A stretch of 64,000 bases of DNA from Acidobacteriota bacterium (GCA_036507075.1 DASXQR010000010.1:26485-90484); one strand, 5' to 3'. Numbered from the stretch's first letter, positions 25,955-36,646 are shown. Notes: generated by a model from the sequence alone, not told the origin. Numbers and translations: made by a program.

Positions 25955-27478
25955 TTATCGTGCCGCGCTTCTGCCGGCGGCGGCCCGGTCCCTGTTTGAA
26001 CGGGCCAGGTGGCTGTGCTTCCTCCCATAACCGAAGTAAATCAGAAACCCGAGTCCCAGCCAAACTATCAGCCGCAGCCAGTTTTCCGCCGGCAGCGAGA
26101 ACATCAGCAGCATGCAGGTCGCCATTCCCATGATCGGAACAAAGGGAACCAGCGGGGCCCGGAAAGGCCGCTCCGCTTCGGGATGCTTGCGACGCATGAT
26201 CAAAACCGCGGCGCAGACCATGACAAAGGCCAGCAGCGTGCCGATATTTACAAGCTGCGCCAGTATCCGCAGCGGCAGAAATGCGGCCATGATGGCGACA
26301 AATATTCCGGTCAGGATGGTTGATTTCCATGGTGTTCGGAAACGCTCATGGACCGCGCCGAAGAAACTTTCCGGTAGCAGGCCGTCTCTTGCCATCGCCA
26401 GAAAGACTCGGGGCTGGCTGAGCATCATCACCAGCAGCACGGATGTGATGCCCGTGAGCGCTCCCAGGGCAACCAGGTACTGTGCCCAAGGCAGACCGAC
26501 CTGCTTGAACGCGTCCACCACCGGGGCATTGATATCTATCTTGTTGTAGGGGACCATTCCCGTCAGGACAGCCGCGACGGCGATGTACAGCACCGTGCAG
26601 ATCAGCAGAGAGGAAATCAAGCCGATTGGAACGTCGCGTTGCGGCCGGCGTGCTTCTTCCGCGTGCGTAGAAACCGAGTCAAAACCAATGTAGGCAAAAA
26701 AGATGATGGCGGCACCGGCAAGCATGCCCAGCGGCTCACCCCCCGCATCCGCCTTCCCGAACAGGGTCTTCCCAAAGAAACTGATCCCGGTAAGGCCATA
26801 GGGAGCGAAGGGATGCCAGTTTGCCGGGTTCACGTACCGGATGCCTACCACGATCACAAAGATAACGATCGCCAGTTTCGTGATCACCATTCCGGCATTG
26901 ATGCTGGCGCTCTCTTTGATGCCAATGACCAGAATCATGGTCACCAGGCCCGCGATGATGATGGCGGGCAGATCAAAGTACGTCCCCGTTGCCACCAGCT
27001 TACCCTGCACCGGATCGTAGTCGAAGGGCGCGGTAGAGAAGACGTGAGGCACCTTCCAGCCGAATACCTGGATGAACTCCTGAAAGTGGGCCGACCAGCC
27101 ATGCGCCACCGTCCCTGACGCCACCGCGTACTCGAGAATCAAGTCCCAGCCGATGATCCATGCGAAGAGTTCTCCCATGGTGGCGTAGGAGTAGGTGTAG
27201 GCGGAGCCCGCGACCGGCACCATCGAGGCGAACTCGGCGTAACAGAGGGCCGCAAACACGCAGGCTACTCCGGCGGACACAAACGACAACATCAGAGCCG
27301 GACCCGTTTTGTCATGCGCGGCCTGCCCTGTCAGTACGAATATGCCCGTACCGATGATCGCGCCCACCCCCAGGCCCGTCAGTTGCACCGGACCCAGTAC
27401 TCTCCTGAGGCGGTTCTCTCCTCTCATCTCCTCCAGCAGCAGAGCCAGTGGCTTCCTGCTAAAATATTGGTTGGCCAT
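25955..27478 (-). CDS. Amino acid permease (APC superfamily)
   Basis: 12-TM pattern. The N-terminal ..GLGVGAIIGTGIFVLTGQAA.. is the APC signature. Confidence 0.9.
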   Translation of the reverse strand: MANQYFSRKPLALLLEEMRGENRLRRVLGPVQLTGLGVGAIIGTGIFVLTGQAAHDKTGPALMLSFVSAGVACVFAALCYAEFASMVPVAGSAYTYSYATMGELFAWIIGWDLILEYAVASGTVAHGWSAHFQEFIQVFGWKVPHVFSTAPFDYDPVQGKLVATGTYFDLPAIIIAGLVTMILVIGIKESASINAGMVITKLAIVIFVIVVGIRYVNPANWHPFAPYGLTGISFFGKTLFGKADAGGEPLGMLAGAAIIFFAYIGFDSVSTHAEEARRPQRDVPIGLISSLLICTVLYIAVAAVLTGMVPYNKIDINAPVVDAFKQVGLPWAQYLVALGALTGITSVLLVMMLSQPRVFLAMARDGLLPESFFGAVHERFRTPWKSTILTGIFVAIMAAFLPLRILAQLVNIGTLLAFVMVCAAVLIMRRKHPEAERPFRAPLVPFVPIMGMATCMLLMFSLPAENWLRLIVWLGLGFLIYFGYGRKHSHLARSNRDRAAAGRSAAR

Positions 27479-27553
27479 CCGTTAACCTCCGCGTCATTGA
27501 CAGCGCCCAAGAATATCAGTGGGATATCGCGCTAGCAAGCGCGGATCATCGCC

Positions 27554-28393
27554 ATGAAAATCATTGACACGCATCGGCACCTGTGGGATCTGGATCTGTT
27601 CTCGTACTCCTGGTGCAGGAACATCCCCGCTCTGAATCGCAGCTTTCGAATGAACGATTATAGGGAAGCGATTCAGCACCTGAACGTAACCAAGTCCGTT
27701 CATCTGGAAGCCGATGTGGATGAACCCTGGATGCTTCAGGAGACACGGCACATTCTCGCGCTTGCCGCACAGGACAACCTCTTGCAGGGAGTGGTGGCCT
27801 GCTGCCGTCCCGAGAAAAAAAGTTTCCGGGCATACCTGGATCAAATCGCAGGCGAGCCGGCATTAAAAGGAGTTCGCCGCGTACTGCACACCCAACCCGA
27901 CGAGCTATCGCAGAGCAGTCTATTTATCGAGAATATTCGCTCTCTCGCCGATTATGGCCTCTGTTTCGACATTTGTGTGTTGGCCCGCCAGCTTCCATTG
28001 GCTTTCCAGTTGGTCCGGGCATGCCCGGACGTTTCTTTTATCCTGGACCATTGCGGCAATCCACTGATCAGGGAAGGATTGGCGAAACCGTGGCGCGCTC
28101 AGATGGGCGAGATGGCTTTGCTGCCCAACCTGGTTTGCAAGATTTCGGGAATTGTGACGAACGCGGATCTAGACCACTGGTCTACCGAAAATCTGCGTCC
28201 CTATGTAGAGCACGTGCTGGAGCGCTTTGGTTGGGACCGCGTGATATTTGGCAGCGATTGGCCTGTGTGCACCCTTGCCGCAAGCTTGACGGAATGGGTC
28301 GAGGCTTTGATGAAAATCACCGGAACGGCTTCTCTGCAGGATCAGGAAAAACTCTTCTGGCGCAATGCGGAGAGAATTTACCGGCTTGGCTAG
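27554..28393 (+). CDS. Amidohydrolase-2 family metal-dependent hydrolase
   Basis: MKIIDTHRHLWD... HxH start. ..ILDHCGNP.. and ..FGSDWP.. are amidohydrolase_2 metal-ligand motifs. Confidence 0.85.
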   Translation: MKIIDTHRHLWDLDLFSYSWCRNIPALNRSFRMNDYREAIQHLNVTKSVHLEADVDEPWMLQETRHILALAAQDNLLQGVVACCRPEKKSFRAYLDQIAGEPALKGVRRVLHTQPDELSQSSLFIENIRSLADYGLCFDICVLARQLPLAFQLVRACPDVSFILDHCGNPLIREGLAKPWRAQMGEMALLPNLVCKISGIVTNADLDHWSTENLRPYVEHVLERFGWDRVIFGSDWPVCTLAASLTEWVEALMKITGTASLQDQEKLFWRNAERIYRLG

Positions 28394-28406
28394 GAGAACC
28401 CAAAGA

Positions 28407-28527
28407 ATCACCACAAAGACACAGCCCGGCCGCTGGCTGCAACCAAAAAGCCGTCGACGTGCACGTGAGCCTCCTCGGCTTTTTCTTTGGTTGCGGCCTA
28501 CGGCCGGGCTGTGCCTCTGTGGTGAAA
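28407..28527. repeat. Dispersed palindromic repeat family B, complete hairpin copy (CACCACAAAGACACAGCCCGGCCG..GCAACCAAAAAGCCGTCGACGTGCACGTGAGCCTCCTCGGCTTTTTCTTTGGTTGCGGC..CGGGCTGTGCCTCTGTGGTGA)
   Basis: Left and right halves are reverse complements. The right half is ~85-90% identical to 15680-15750 and 47560-47635. Confidence 0.7.
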
Positions 28528-28534
28528 GAGTCAA

Positions 28535-29596
28535 TCACTCGCGCCAGGCAAAGGCGACTTGCTCAGGCATTTCCGCATTTTTGTCTTGCAGCAGCTCCTC
28601 GCTGCCGCCTCTTTTACCGGCGGCGCCCCGCGGAGGCATGCCGTGACGCTGCTGCAGCATTCGCACAATGGATTGCACTTGGGCAATGTAGCCCTTTGGC
28701 GCGTATTTCTTTGCGTATAAAGTTTTGTACTTTGGCAATAACTGGGGAAACTCCGTATTCAGAAAGCGGAGAAAGTGATCGCGCGTGCCGCCTTCCAGAT
28801 AAAGCACATTGGCGCCGACAAAACGAGCCCCGTGCCGCGCGATCTCGCAAATGGTGCGCTCCAGTTTGGAGCGGTTAGAAGTGATGCCGGGCACGATTGG
28901 CGCCATCAGAACGCCGGCATTCACTCCCGCATTCACCAACTCGCGCACCGCTCTCAAGCGCTGCAAGGGATGTGCTGTTCCCGGCTCCAGCCTCCGCCAG
29001 GCTTCTTCGTCTACCGTGGGGACGCTGAAGTAGACGGTGCACCCGGCTGCCCGGGTAAGGTCGGCCAGCACATCACAGTCACGTACAATCATCGGCCCTT
29101 TGGTAACCAGACCGACGGGAGTATGAAAATCGCGCAGAGCTTCCAGCGACCGCCGGCTCAGTTTGTAGTGACCTTCGATGGGTTGGTAAGGGTCTGTGGC
29201 CGTCCCGAACGCTACCAACTCCCGGTTCCATGAGGATTTCCGGAGCTCGCGCCGCAGGACGTCTGTAAAATTCGTTTTTACCAGAATCAACGAGGAGAAC
29301 TCATCTCCCGGGTTTAATTCGAACTGAGTCTGATATCGCCGGGCGAAACAGTAATGACAACCGTGCGTGCACCCCCGGTAAGGGTTGAGCGTCCAGCCAA
29401 AGGGCATTCCTTCGACCCGGTTAAGAGCCGAACGACAGACCACTTCCTGGTAAGAAGCATCGTCGGATCGGTGGACGGCACCCGTCAGGGCGGCAACTCC
29501 ACCTTCTTTTACCAGCCGCGCAATAGTGCGCGTGGTTGGCTTTTCGGAAGCCAGGTCAAAGAGAAACGGGGTTTTTTGGGTCCGGTCCGGCGGCAT
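28535..29596 (-). CDS. Radical SAM protein (Rv2578c / SPL-like family)
   Basis: ..LNPYRGCTHGCHYCFAR.. is the CxxxCxxC radical-SAM cluster motif in the family-typical context. The start was trimmed to Met52 (MPPDRTQ) and is preceded by an AGGTGG RBS. Confidence 0.85.
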   Translation of the reverse strand: MPPDRTQKTPFLFDLASEKPTTRTIARLVKEGGVAALTGAVHRSDDASYQEVVCRSALNRVEGMPFGWTLNPYRGCTHGCHYCFARRYQTQFELNPGDEFSSLILVKTNFTDVLRRELRKSSWNRELVAFGTATDPYQPIEGHYKLSRRSLEALRDFHTPVGLVTKGPMIVRDCDVLADLTRAAGCTVYFSVPTVDEEAWRRLEPGTAHPLQRLRAVRELVNAGVNAGVLMAPIVPGITSNRSKLERTICEIARHGARFVGANVLYLEGGTRDHFLRFLNTEFPQLLPKYKTLYAKKYAPKGYIAQVQSIVRMLQQRHGMPPRGAAGKRGGSEELLQDKNAEMPEQVAFAWRE

Positions 29597-29923
29597 TACC
29601 ACCTTTTTTTCACCTCTCTGGTCATTGTCCTCCCAGACGCACATTCGAGTCAAGCTGTCTCTGGCGCAGGTAGTGATCTGGCTTGTGCCCGTCGAGAAAA
29701 AGACTTCACCACAGAGGTTTAGCGCGGCAGAGCCGCAACCAAAAGTCAAGGAGAGACGGCCTGAGGGCCGTCTCTCTGCGGTGCCCTGCCAAGCTGAGAC
29801 GGCCGTCAGGCCGTCTCTCCGCTCCCGAATGATTTGCGCAGGCCCCGAAAATTCTCAATGGTGCACGCCAGGAGAAACTGATAGAGACGGGCGGGAGAAC
29901 AAAGTAGCCGATAGGAGGTCCGA

Positions 29924-31294
29924 ATGAAATACGACGCGATCGTGATAGGGTCCGGTCAGGGCGGCAATCCTCTTTCCCACAAGCTGGCCGACCTTGGCTG
30001 GACGGTGGCTTTGATCGAGAAAGAACATCTGGGCGGCACCTGCATCAACACCGGATGCACCCCCACCAAGACCATGGTGGCCAGCGCTCAGGTAGCCCAC
30101 TACGCGCGCAACGCGTCTCGCTGGGGCGTACACACGGGCGACGTCAAGGTCGATCTGCCTGCCGTTGTGGCCCGCAAGAACAAGATCGTGCAGTCATTCC
30201 GCTCCGGGCAGCAGCGCCAGGTGGACGCGCGCAAAAAACTGCACCTTCACCACGGGCAGGCCCGATTCACGGGTCCCCATCAGATCCAGGTCGGAGAAGA
30301 AAGGCTGGACAGCGAGCGAATCTTTATTAATACCGGCACCCGTCCTGACATTCCCCGCCTTGCCGGGCTCGATACGGTCGATTACCTCACAAACGCGAGC
30401 GTCATGGAATTAAGCGAGATTCCGGAGCATCTCCTTGTAATCGGCGGTGGTTACATAGGCCTGGAATTCGGCCAGATGTTCCGGCGCTTCGGAAGCCGCG
30501 TCACGGTCGTCCACCGTGGTGATGTCCTTCTCGGACGCGAAGATGCCGATGTCGCACAGGAACTGCAGAAGGCGCTCGAGAGCGAAGGGATGCACTTTGT
30601 GCTCAACTGCCGGACGACTCGCGTCGAGCGCAAGAACGGGCGCGTCAACTTGGCTGTGGAGACCAGCCAGGGATCGGAAGAAATCACAAGCTCGCATCTG
30701 CTCATCGCCACGGGACGCCGTCCCAATACCGACGATCTCGGACTGGACCAGGCTGGAATCGCGACCGATGAGCGCGGTTTCATTCATGTCAACAATCGAC
30801 TAGAGACCAATGTGCCGGGTGTCTGGGCGCTGGGGGATGTCAAAGGCGGACCGGCCTTCACCCACATCTCCTACAATGACTTCCAGATAATTTACGGGAA
30901 TTTGATCGAGGGCAAAAACCTGAGCATCAAAGATCGATATGTGCCGTACTCCGTCTTCACGGACCCGCAACTGGGTCGCGTCGGCCTCACGGAAAAAGAG
31001 GCGCGAGCCTCAGGCCGCAAGCTCAAGATGGGAACCAACCGAATGGAGCGCGTCGCTCGCGCCATTGAGCGCGATGAAACAGCGGGCATGATGAAGCTCC
31101 TCGTTGACGCGGAAACCGACAAGATCCTGGGCGCCGCCATACTCTCCACAGAAGGCGGCGAGCTGGTTCAGATTCTTGGCGCCCTCATGCTTGCCGGCGC
31201 GCCGTACACGGTGCTGAAAGGGGCGGTTTACATACACCCGACATTGGTCGAAGGATTCTTTGGACTGATGGATAGCGTAAAGCCGGCGAACTGA
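29924..31294 (+). CDS. FAD-dependent pyridine nucleotide-disulfide oxidoreductase (class I, mercuric-reductase/dihydrolipoamide-dehydrogenase-like, no NmerA domain)
   Basis: ..YDAIVIGSGQGG.. (FAD GxGxxG), ..GGTCINTGCTPTK.. (redox-active CxxxxC), ..LLVIGGGYIGLEFG.. (NAD GxGxxG), and a C-terminal dimerisation domain with ..HPTL.E.. Confidence 0.85.
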   Translation: MKYDAIVIGSGQGGNPLSHKLADLGWTVALIEKEHLGGTCINTGCTPTKTMVASAQVAHYARNASRWGVHTGDVKVDLPAVVARKNKIVQSFRSGQQRQVDARKKLHLHHGQARFTGPHQIQVGEERLDSERIFINTGTRPDIPRLAGLDTVDYLTNASVMELSEIPEHLLVIGGGYIGLEFGQMFRRFGSRVTVVHRGDVLLGREDADVAQELQKALESEGMHFVLNCRTTRVERKNGRVNLAVETSQGSEEITSSHLLIATGRRPNTDDLGLDQAGIATDERGFIHVNNRLETNVPGVWALGDVKGGPAFTHISYNDFQIIYGNLIEGKNLSIKDRYVPYSVFTDPQLGRVGLTEKEARASGRKLKMGTNRMERVARAIERDETAGMMKLLVDAETDKILGAAILSTEGGELVQILGALMLAGAPYTVLKGAVYIHPTLVEGFFGLMDSVKPAN

Positions 31295-31309
31295 AAGGGC
31301 AGGGCCGGC

Positions 31310-32125
31310 TCAGCTTCTTGGTTGCGGCCAAGCCGTGTGGCTCTGCAGTGAATTTTTCGCGCGTTGTGCCGCTCGCGGCTCTGTGAGTGCCGGCGATGAA
31401 AGTGCGGCGAATTCTCTCATCGCTTTCCATGCCTCGCGGCGAACCACCAGCGACGGGCGTGCCAGGCGCAGCCGATCTACAGCCGCTTCTACGGTCGTGG
31501 CGAAGCCATTTGCCAGCAGATAAGCGCCCAACACTGCCGCACTGCGTGAATACCCGACCTTGCAGTGCACATAGACCGTGCCTCGATTCGATTGTTCGGC
31601 AATGAAGGCCACCGCTTCCCGTAACTGGTTCTGCGTCGGACCCGTCAAGTCGAGAATCGGAATGTGTCGGCGCGTGATCTCCAGGAATGGCGACGACTCC
31701 GAAAACTCCGCGGTCAGATCCAACACAGACGTTACTCCGTGGCGGAGAGCTTCGGCGGCCTCCTTATCCGTCAGCTTGCGCCCCATCCACACTCCCGGGA
31801 TAACGACATCCCAAGGACGACATTGACGCCGGTAGTACGCGAGGGAGAGCTGCTGGCCAAAAAGATAGGGTGCGAGCAGGATTCGTCCGCTGAGCGGCAG
31901 GTACCCTTCCTTCTTCCGGAAGACTTTCGCGCCTGCTCCACAGTAGGCCACCGTCACCACAGCCAGCGAGAGAGCCGGCCAGAGAAAGATCGCCGTCCAG
32001 GGTCGCCCGAGAAAGGCCAATCCACACATTGCCAAAGTTCCGATCGCATAACAGGCTGCCACCGTGACGCTGCCAGGCAGCAGCGACAGAAACATCGACG
32101 CCCTGGCCGCTGATAAGGCCTTCAT
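31310..32125 (-). CDS. Membrane-anchored dual-specificity (PTP-family) phosphatase, PTPMT1-like, a candidate lipid-phosphate (PGP) phosphatase
   Basis: Two N-terminal TM helices. The catalytic P-loop VYVHCKVGYSRSAAVLGAYLL is HCxxGxxRS, resembling PTPMT1 HCKAGRSRSAT. Confidence 0.7.
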   Translation of the reverse strand: MKALSAARASMFLSLLPGSVTVAACYAIGTLAMCGLAFLGRPWTAIFLWPALSLAVVTVAYCGAGAKVFRKKEGYLPLSGRILLAPYLFGQQLSLAYYRRQCRPWDVVIPGVWMGRKLTDKEAAEALRHGVTSVLDLTAEFSESSPFLEITRRHIPILDLTGPTQNQLREAVAFIAEQSNRGTVYVHCKVGYSRSAAVLGAYLLANGFATTVEAAVDRLRLARPSLVVRREAWKAMREFAALSSPALTEPRAAQRAKNSLQSHTAWPQPRS

Positions 32126-33882
32126 GTCCGAATTCGCCGAGCAGCGGATACAGTGAATATTCCCCACCGATCAATTTCCTGCGAACTTTTCACGAACCCT
32201 GCGGCCCGGACCAGTTCATCCATCTCTGCCTGCGTGCGGCGACGCATTCGCCAGGGCTTCCCTTCACGATTGGTCAGGACACCCGCGATGAAGTTCAACT
32301 GCGGATGCCAGGGTTGATTGGTGTAGATAAGATGCCCTTCGGGTTCGATCGCGTCCGTGAGCCCATAAAGCGATTCGAGCACCTGCCGGTTGCCCGGAAA
32401 CAGCTCGTACAGTCCCGACACGATGCCGATCGTGGATCGAGGCACGGCAGCCGCCAGAGAGGCGCGGTCGAAGGCGTCGCCCTGAAGTGTGATTACGTTT
32501 TCCAGACCCAGTTCGCGAGCCAGCCGGCGCGCCGCGTCAAGGTTTTCCGTCTTATAATCGCACAGTACTGCCGTAATCGGAATGTGCCTGAGCTCCTGCA
32601 TGGTCTGCAAGATGTAACGCCCCGGGCCTGAAGCGACGTCGAATATGCGGACCGGCCGGCCGGCAGCGTGCGTAGCCAGGATGGCATTACGCAGCGTCTT
32701 TTGAAGATGATTGCGGCGCTGACGGATGCCTCGCCATCCGACGCTGTTCAAGTACGCGCGATCGATGGAACAGCCGAGCGGCGTCACCCCCTGCGGCCTG
32801 TTGTCATAGACGTAGTCGAGTGTCATCCCCGAGTCGAATCCCGTCCGCCATCCGAGTCGAATTCCGGCGCTCAACCGGCCGACGGTCTTCAGGGCAAAGC
32901 GCATCGCAGCGTACGAGACGCGCCTCTCGCGCCGAAGACAGTCGTACTCGGCTCTGGTGTAGCCATGTTCATCGGCATCGAGAAGCGACGCGTGTCCGTT
33001 AGGTCTCTGGAATTGTTTGAGCATGAATTCACGGAGAACCGCGATCAGGCGACGGCGATCCTTCTCGTGGAAGACCGCATGATGAAAGCCGCGAAAGATC
33101 AGCAACTGTTTGCTATGCGATGAGAGCCCTTCCAGGAACTTCTGCTGGGCCCCAAGCTTCACAATCCAGTCCGAGCCGGCGCTCACCATAAGAGTCGGCA
33201 CCGTGATCGCGCCTGCATCCGACAGCAGGCGCGTGGAAGTATCGTGCAGGTCCAGCAGGACATTGACGGCGATCTGGCGAAAGATAAATTCGTCGTCCTG
33301 GTACCGCCTGGCTTCCTCCAGATCGTGCGTCAGCATTCTCGCTTTTACGTAACTCTTTACGTAACCCGGCCCCAGCAGCTTCTGCCGCAAACGTAAGAGC
33401 GTCACCGCGAAGGGGAAGTACAATTTGACGCGAAACGCCGGCGTCGCCAGGATCAGGGCGCGAATCGGCGGCGCATAGTCATGCACCCACGCGGCGACTA
33501 TCACCGCGCCGACGCTATGCGCCATCACAATCATGTCTTCCGTTGCGATTCCATACCGCTCTGAGACATGACGCACAAAATCATCCACGTCCTTGACCAG
33601 CATGGACAGGTTCACGGCCGAGCCTCTTTCACCTGATGAACGCCCGTGCCCGCGGGCATCCCAGGCGAAAACAGCCACATCGTCGAGTGCAAGCGCTTCC
33701 ACTGTCTGCTGCCAGCGGGCAGAGTGCTCGTGCCCGCGATGGAACAGCAGAAGCGCTTTCTTTGCGCGCATTGACGGAAGCCAGACACGATAAAACAATT
33801 CCCCACCATCGGGAAGCGCCAGGGTGTGCTCTGTTTGTCGGAAGGACGTTGCCCTGTTCGGGCTTGTTTCAACTTCGATCAT
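32122..33882 (-). CDS. Bifunctional alpha/beta hydrolase (lysophospholipase-like) / class I SAM-dependent methyltransferase fusion
   Basis: N-terminal ..VMAHSVGA.. GxSxG hydrolase region. C-terminal ..IFDVASGPGRY.. is methyltransferase motif I. Start trimmed to MIEVETSP. Confidence 0.7.
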   Translation of the reverse strand: MIEVETSPNRATSFRQTEHTLALPDGGELFYRVWLPSMRAKKALLLFHRGHEHSARWQQTVEALALDDVAVFAWDARGHGRSSGERGSAVNLSMLVKDVDDFVRHVSERYGIATEDMIVMAHSVGAVIVAAWVHDYAPPIRALILATPAFRVKLYFPFAVTLLRLRQKLLGPGYVKSYVKARMLTHDLEEARRYQDDEFIFRQIAVNVLLDLHDTSTRLLSDAGAITVPTLMVSAGSDWIVKLGAQQKFLEGLSSHSKQLLIFRGFHHAVFHEKDRRRLIAVLREFMLKQFQRPNGHASLLDADEHGYTRAEYDCLRRERRVSYAAMRFALKTVGRLSAGIRLGWRTGFDSGMTLDYVYDNRPQGVTPLGCSIDRAYLNSVGWRGIRQRRNHLQKTLRNAILATHAAGRPVRIFDVASGPGRYILQTMQELRHIPITAVLCDYKTENLDAARRLARELGLENVITLQGDAFDRASLAAAVPRSTIGIVSGLYELFPGNRQVLESLYGLTDAIEPEGHLIYTNQPWHPQLNFIAGVLTNREGKPWRMRRRTQAEMDELVRAAGFVKSSQEIDRWGIFTVSAARRIRT

Positions 33883-33910
33883 GACAATACTCCTCGCCTG
33901 CGACGCGCGA

Positions 33911-34639
33911 TCATTGTGAGTCGCCGGCCAGCGCGAGCACTTCATTGCGAAGTTCCGCGCAAATGTGACGTGCCGAATCGATTCCGCCCTCGCGGTCGGA
34001 GTAAGTGCGCGGCTCTCCGATTGTCAACCGGATTTGACCCGGCCTTGGAAACCATCGGTGCCTCGACCATGATTCGTAGGCGCCTGCCAGGTAACAAGGG
34101 ACTACCGGGTACCGCGTTCCTGCCAGCAGCAGCCCTACACCCGACTTGAATTCAGCGATTTCTCCCGCCGCCGATCGCGTCCCTTCAGGAAAGAAGATCA
34201 GGACGTTACCGGGGGCCGCGAGCAACTGCCGGCAAAGATTCAGGCTCTCGCAGGCGCGCGCCTGCCGGTCGAACGGCAGGGCGTTTACCGCAACCACAGC
34301 GGCGATCAGGCGCGAACTTCTAACAAAGAAGTAGTCCTGCGCAGCGGCCGGAAAAGCGTGGTGCACTCTTCTTAACTGCAGCGCCGCCAGCAGGCAGAGC
34401 GCATCAAGATGGCTCGAGTGATTGGCGACCATCACGAACGATTCGCTTTTTGGAAGTTTTCCTTGACCCGTAATCGACAGACGATGGTACGTGCGAAGCC
34501 ACAAACGCATCAGGAGTGCGGAGATCAGTCTTGCCCCATATACCAGCATGTCCGGCTCGCGCGGAAAAATTCGGAGCCGCTCAAGCGGCGTCACATCCAA
34601 ATCTCGCGCCGAATCATATTGCCATGCGCTCATAATCAA
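33911..34639 (-). CDS. plsC: 1-acyl-sn-glycerol-3-phosphate acyltransferase (lysophospholipid acyltransferase)
   Basis: ..FVMVANHSSHLDAL.. (HxxxxD) and ..IFFPEGTRS.. (FPEGTR) are canonical PlsC motifs. Confidence 0.85.
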   Translation of the reverse strand: MIMSAWQYDSARDLDVTPLERLRIFPREPDMLVYGARLISALLMRLWLRTYHRLSITGQGKLPKSESFVMVANHSSHLDALCLLAALQLRRVHHAFPAAAQDYFFVRSSRLIAAVVAVNALPFDRQARACESLNLCRQLLAAPGNVLIFFPEGTRSAAGEIAEFKSGVGLLLAGTRYPVVPCYLAGAYESWSRHRWFPRPGQIRLTIGEPRTYSDREGGIDSARHICAELRNEVLALAGDSQ

Positions 34640-34731
34640 TCTCGCTCGCTTCCGCGAATAATCGCCCGGCCAAGAGCAGTCAAAGATTTATCCACAATGA
34701 TGCGACCCATACCCACCGATCCACGACACTC

Positions 34732-35679
34732 TCAATAGAGATCATGAAAATATCGGATCATATGGAGGAACAATGGCGCCGTATAAACGAGGCTGTCCAC
34801 GCGATCCAGGATGCCTCCGTGTCCGGGAATGCAGGCGCCCATGTCTTTGATTCCCAGATCACGCTTAATCACACTCACAGCCAGGTCTCCCAACTGCCCT
34901 CCCACGCCGATGATCAAACCGGCCAGCAGGCAGTCGCGTGGTTGAAAATCAGGAAGCGTAAACCGCAGCAGCCACGGCAGGGTCATGGAGACCGCCAGCG
35001 CGGCCAGCGATCCTTCCCAGGTTTTGTTGGGACTGATGTTGCTCCTGAGCGGATGAACGCCAAAGAACTTCCCGCAGACGTACCCAGCCACGTCATTCAG
35101 CTCCACCGCGAACAGAACGAAGAGTAGATAGCTGTACGCGTGAACGGCATTCGTTAGAAAAGCCAGGTGGCCGAACATCCAGCCGAAGTAAATGAATCCC
35201 ACGATCGACAGAGCCAGCGACTGCAACTGTCCGCGCACCCGGTTCCGCGCGATGGGGATGATCAGAATTGCAGCAATCACATAAACAGGCAGCGCCATAA
35301 AGAGTCCGTACCAGCCGGGCACGTGTGCGTGGGGGTCAGAGACAAATGAAATCACGCCGGCAGCGACGATTCCGAGGTAAACGACCGCGGTCATCAACCA
35401 GTCGCGGTAAAGCCCGGTAGCGCGGGCGAACTCTTTAAAGGCGATCATCGCGACAATGGTAAAGAACAGGATGGACGTGCCCCGGCCCAATAAAATCGAG
35501 AAAACCAGCACGGGCATCATCATCAGCCAGCCGCGGTACGCCCTTAGAGCCTGGTCCACCTTTGCGCCGAATCCCCATTTCAACAGCGCAATCACTCCCC
35601 CGGCCAATACCAGAGCCTCCAACGTGATAACCAAATAAAATCTGAAGACGTCACTCTGCAGCGCTGCATGCACCGACAT
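34732..35679 (-). CDS. cdsA: Phosphatidate cytidylyltransferase (CDP-diacylglycerol synthase)
   Basis: Multi-TM protein with the C-terminal signature ..SVIKRDLGIKDMGACIPGHGGILDRVDSL... Confidence 0.88.
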   Translation of the reverse strand: MSVHAALQSDVFRFYLVITLEALVLAGGVIALLKWGFGAKVDQALRAYRGWLMMMPVLVFSILLGRGTSILFFTIVAMIAFKEFARATGLYRDWLMTAVVYLGIVAAGVISFVSDPHAHVPGWYGLFMALPVYVIAAILIIPIARNRVRGQLQSLALSIVGFIYFGWMFGHLAFLTNAVHAYSYLLFVLFAVELNDVAGYVCGKFFGVHPLRSNISPNKTWEGSLAALAVSMTLPWLLRFTLPDFQPRDCLLAGLIIGVGGQLGDLAVSVIKRDLGIKDMGACIPGHGGILDRVDSLVYTAPLFLHMIRYFHDLY

Positions 35680-35682
35680 GAC

Positions 35683-36431
35683 TCATGCCTCCCGCCACGC
35701 AGCGGACGAAGCCGGCTTTTTCGGGCTTCCAGCCAGCACACGCCTGATTCGGATCAACCTGACGCCGATGGTTTCAACACACCCGAAAATAATGGAGAGA
35801 TTCGTCCAGTCCAGGACCGACAGGCCTGCATAAATGATTTGCCCGCTTCCCCACCAGAGCAGCCCCAACGTGAGCCACCCCCCCAGATGCAGCGCAACAA
35901 TTCGCCAAGGTTTGGACATAACACCGCTGAACTCACGCTGCGCGCCCACGGCCTGGCCGAGTGTTCCGACGTAGGCAACCAGCAGCGCGAAAATTGCGGA
36001 CCAGTAACCGCCGAGCGGCCGGCAAAGACCGCTGTGCGCCACACCTGCAAAAGTGATGACGTCAGAAAGGCGATCCGGCAATTCGTTGACAATTTCGCCG
36101 GCGGGGCTCCCCGTGCCGGAGGCCAGGGCCACCATCCCGTCGAGCATATTCAGCCAAAGCCGCAAGTAGCAAAACACAACCGCCGCGATCAGCAGTGAAG
36201 GCATGGCCTGTGACTGCCAGAAGCACACTCCGGCCGCCGACGCAGCCAGGATTGAGGTGTAAGAGATCAAGTCCGGATGGATGCCGACAGCCACACAGAA
36301 ACGAACCGCGCCGCGCGCAGTGCGACGAACCAGGTCCGATATCGGCCGTCGAGAACGGGGCCGGTAAGATCCGGACTCCCAGTCCCCGGACTTCCGTGGC
36401 GGCGCGACTATCTTCACTGTTCCATAGCGCA
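35683..36431 (-). CDS. CDP-alcohol phosphatidyltransferase family protein (PgsA / PIP-synthase-like)
   Basis: Multi-TM. ..NMLDGMVALASGTGSPAGEIVNELPDRLSD.. fits D-G-x2-A-x8-G-x3-D-x3-D. The start was trimmed to MRYGTVK; the upstream 124 codons of ORF 35683..36804 have no protein-like features and overlap the neighbouring gene. Confidence 0.7.
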
Positions 36432-36646
36432 TGTTGAAACACCCCTGTCCTCCGAAGGCAAATCTGGGACCATTCGCCAACCGGCGACTGTCTTCTGGCA
36501 GCAGGCGAATCGAGACGGGCAAATGAGTTTCTAAAGCCTTGCAGCCGTGCCTATTCGAACTTTCTCTCCAACCTGAAGGGATACCGTCGGCGGGGGGACT
36601 GCTGGTTGTGACTCCCGCGGTCACAGATGTGAACTCAAATTCGGTC

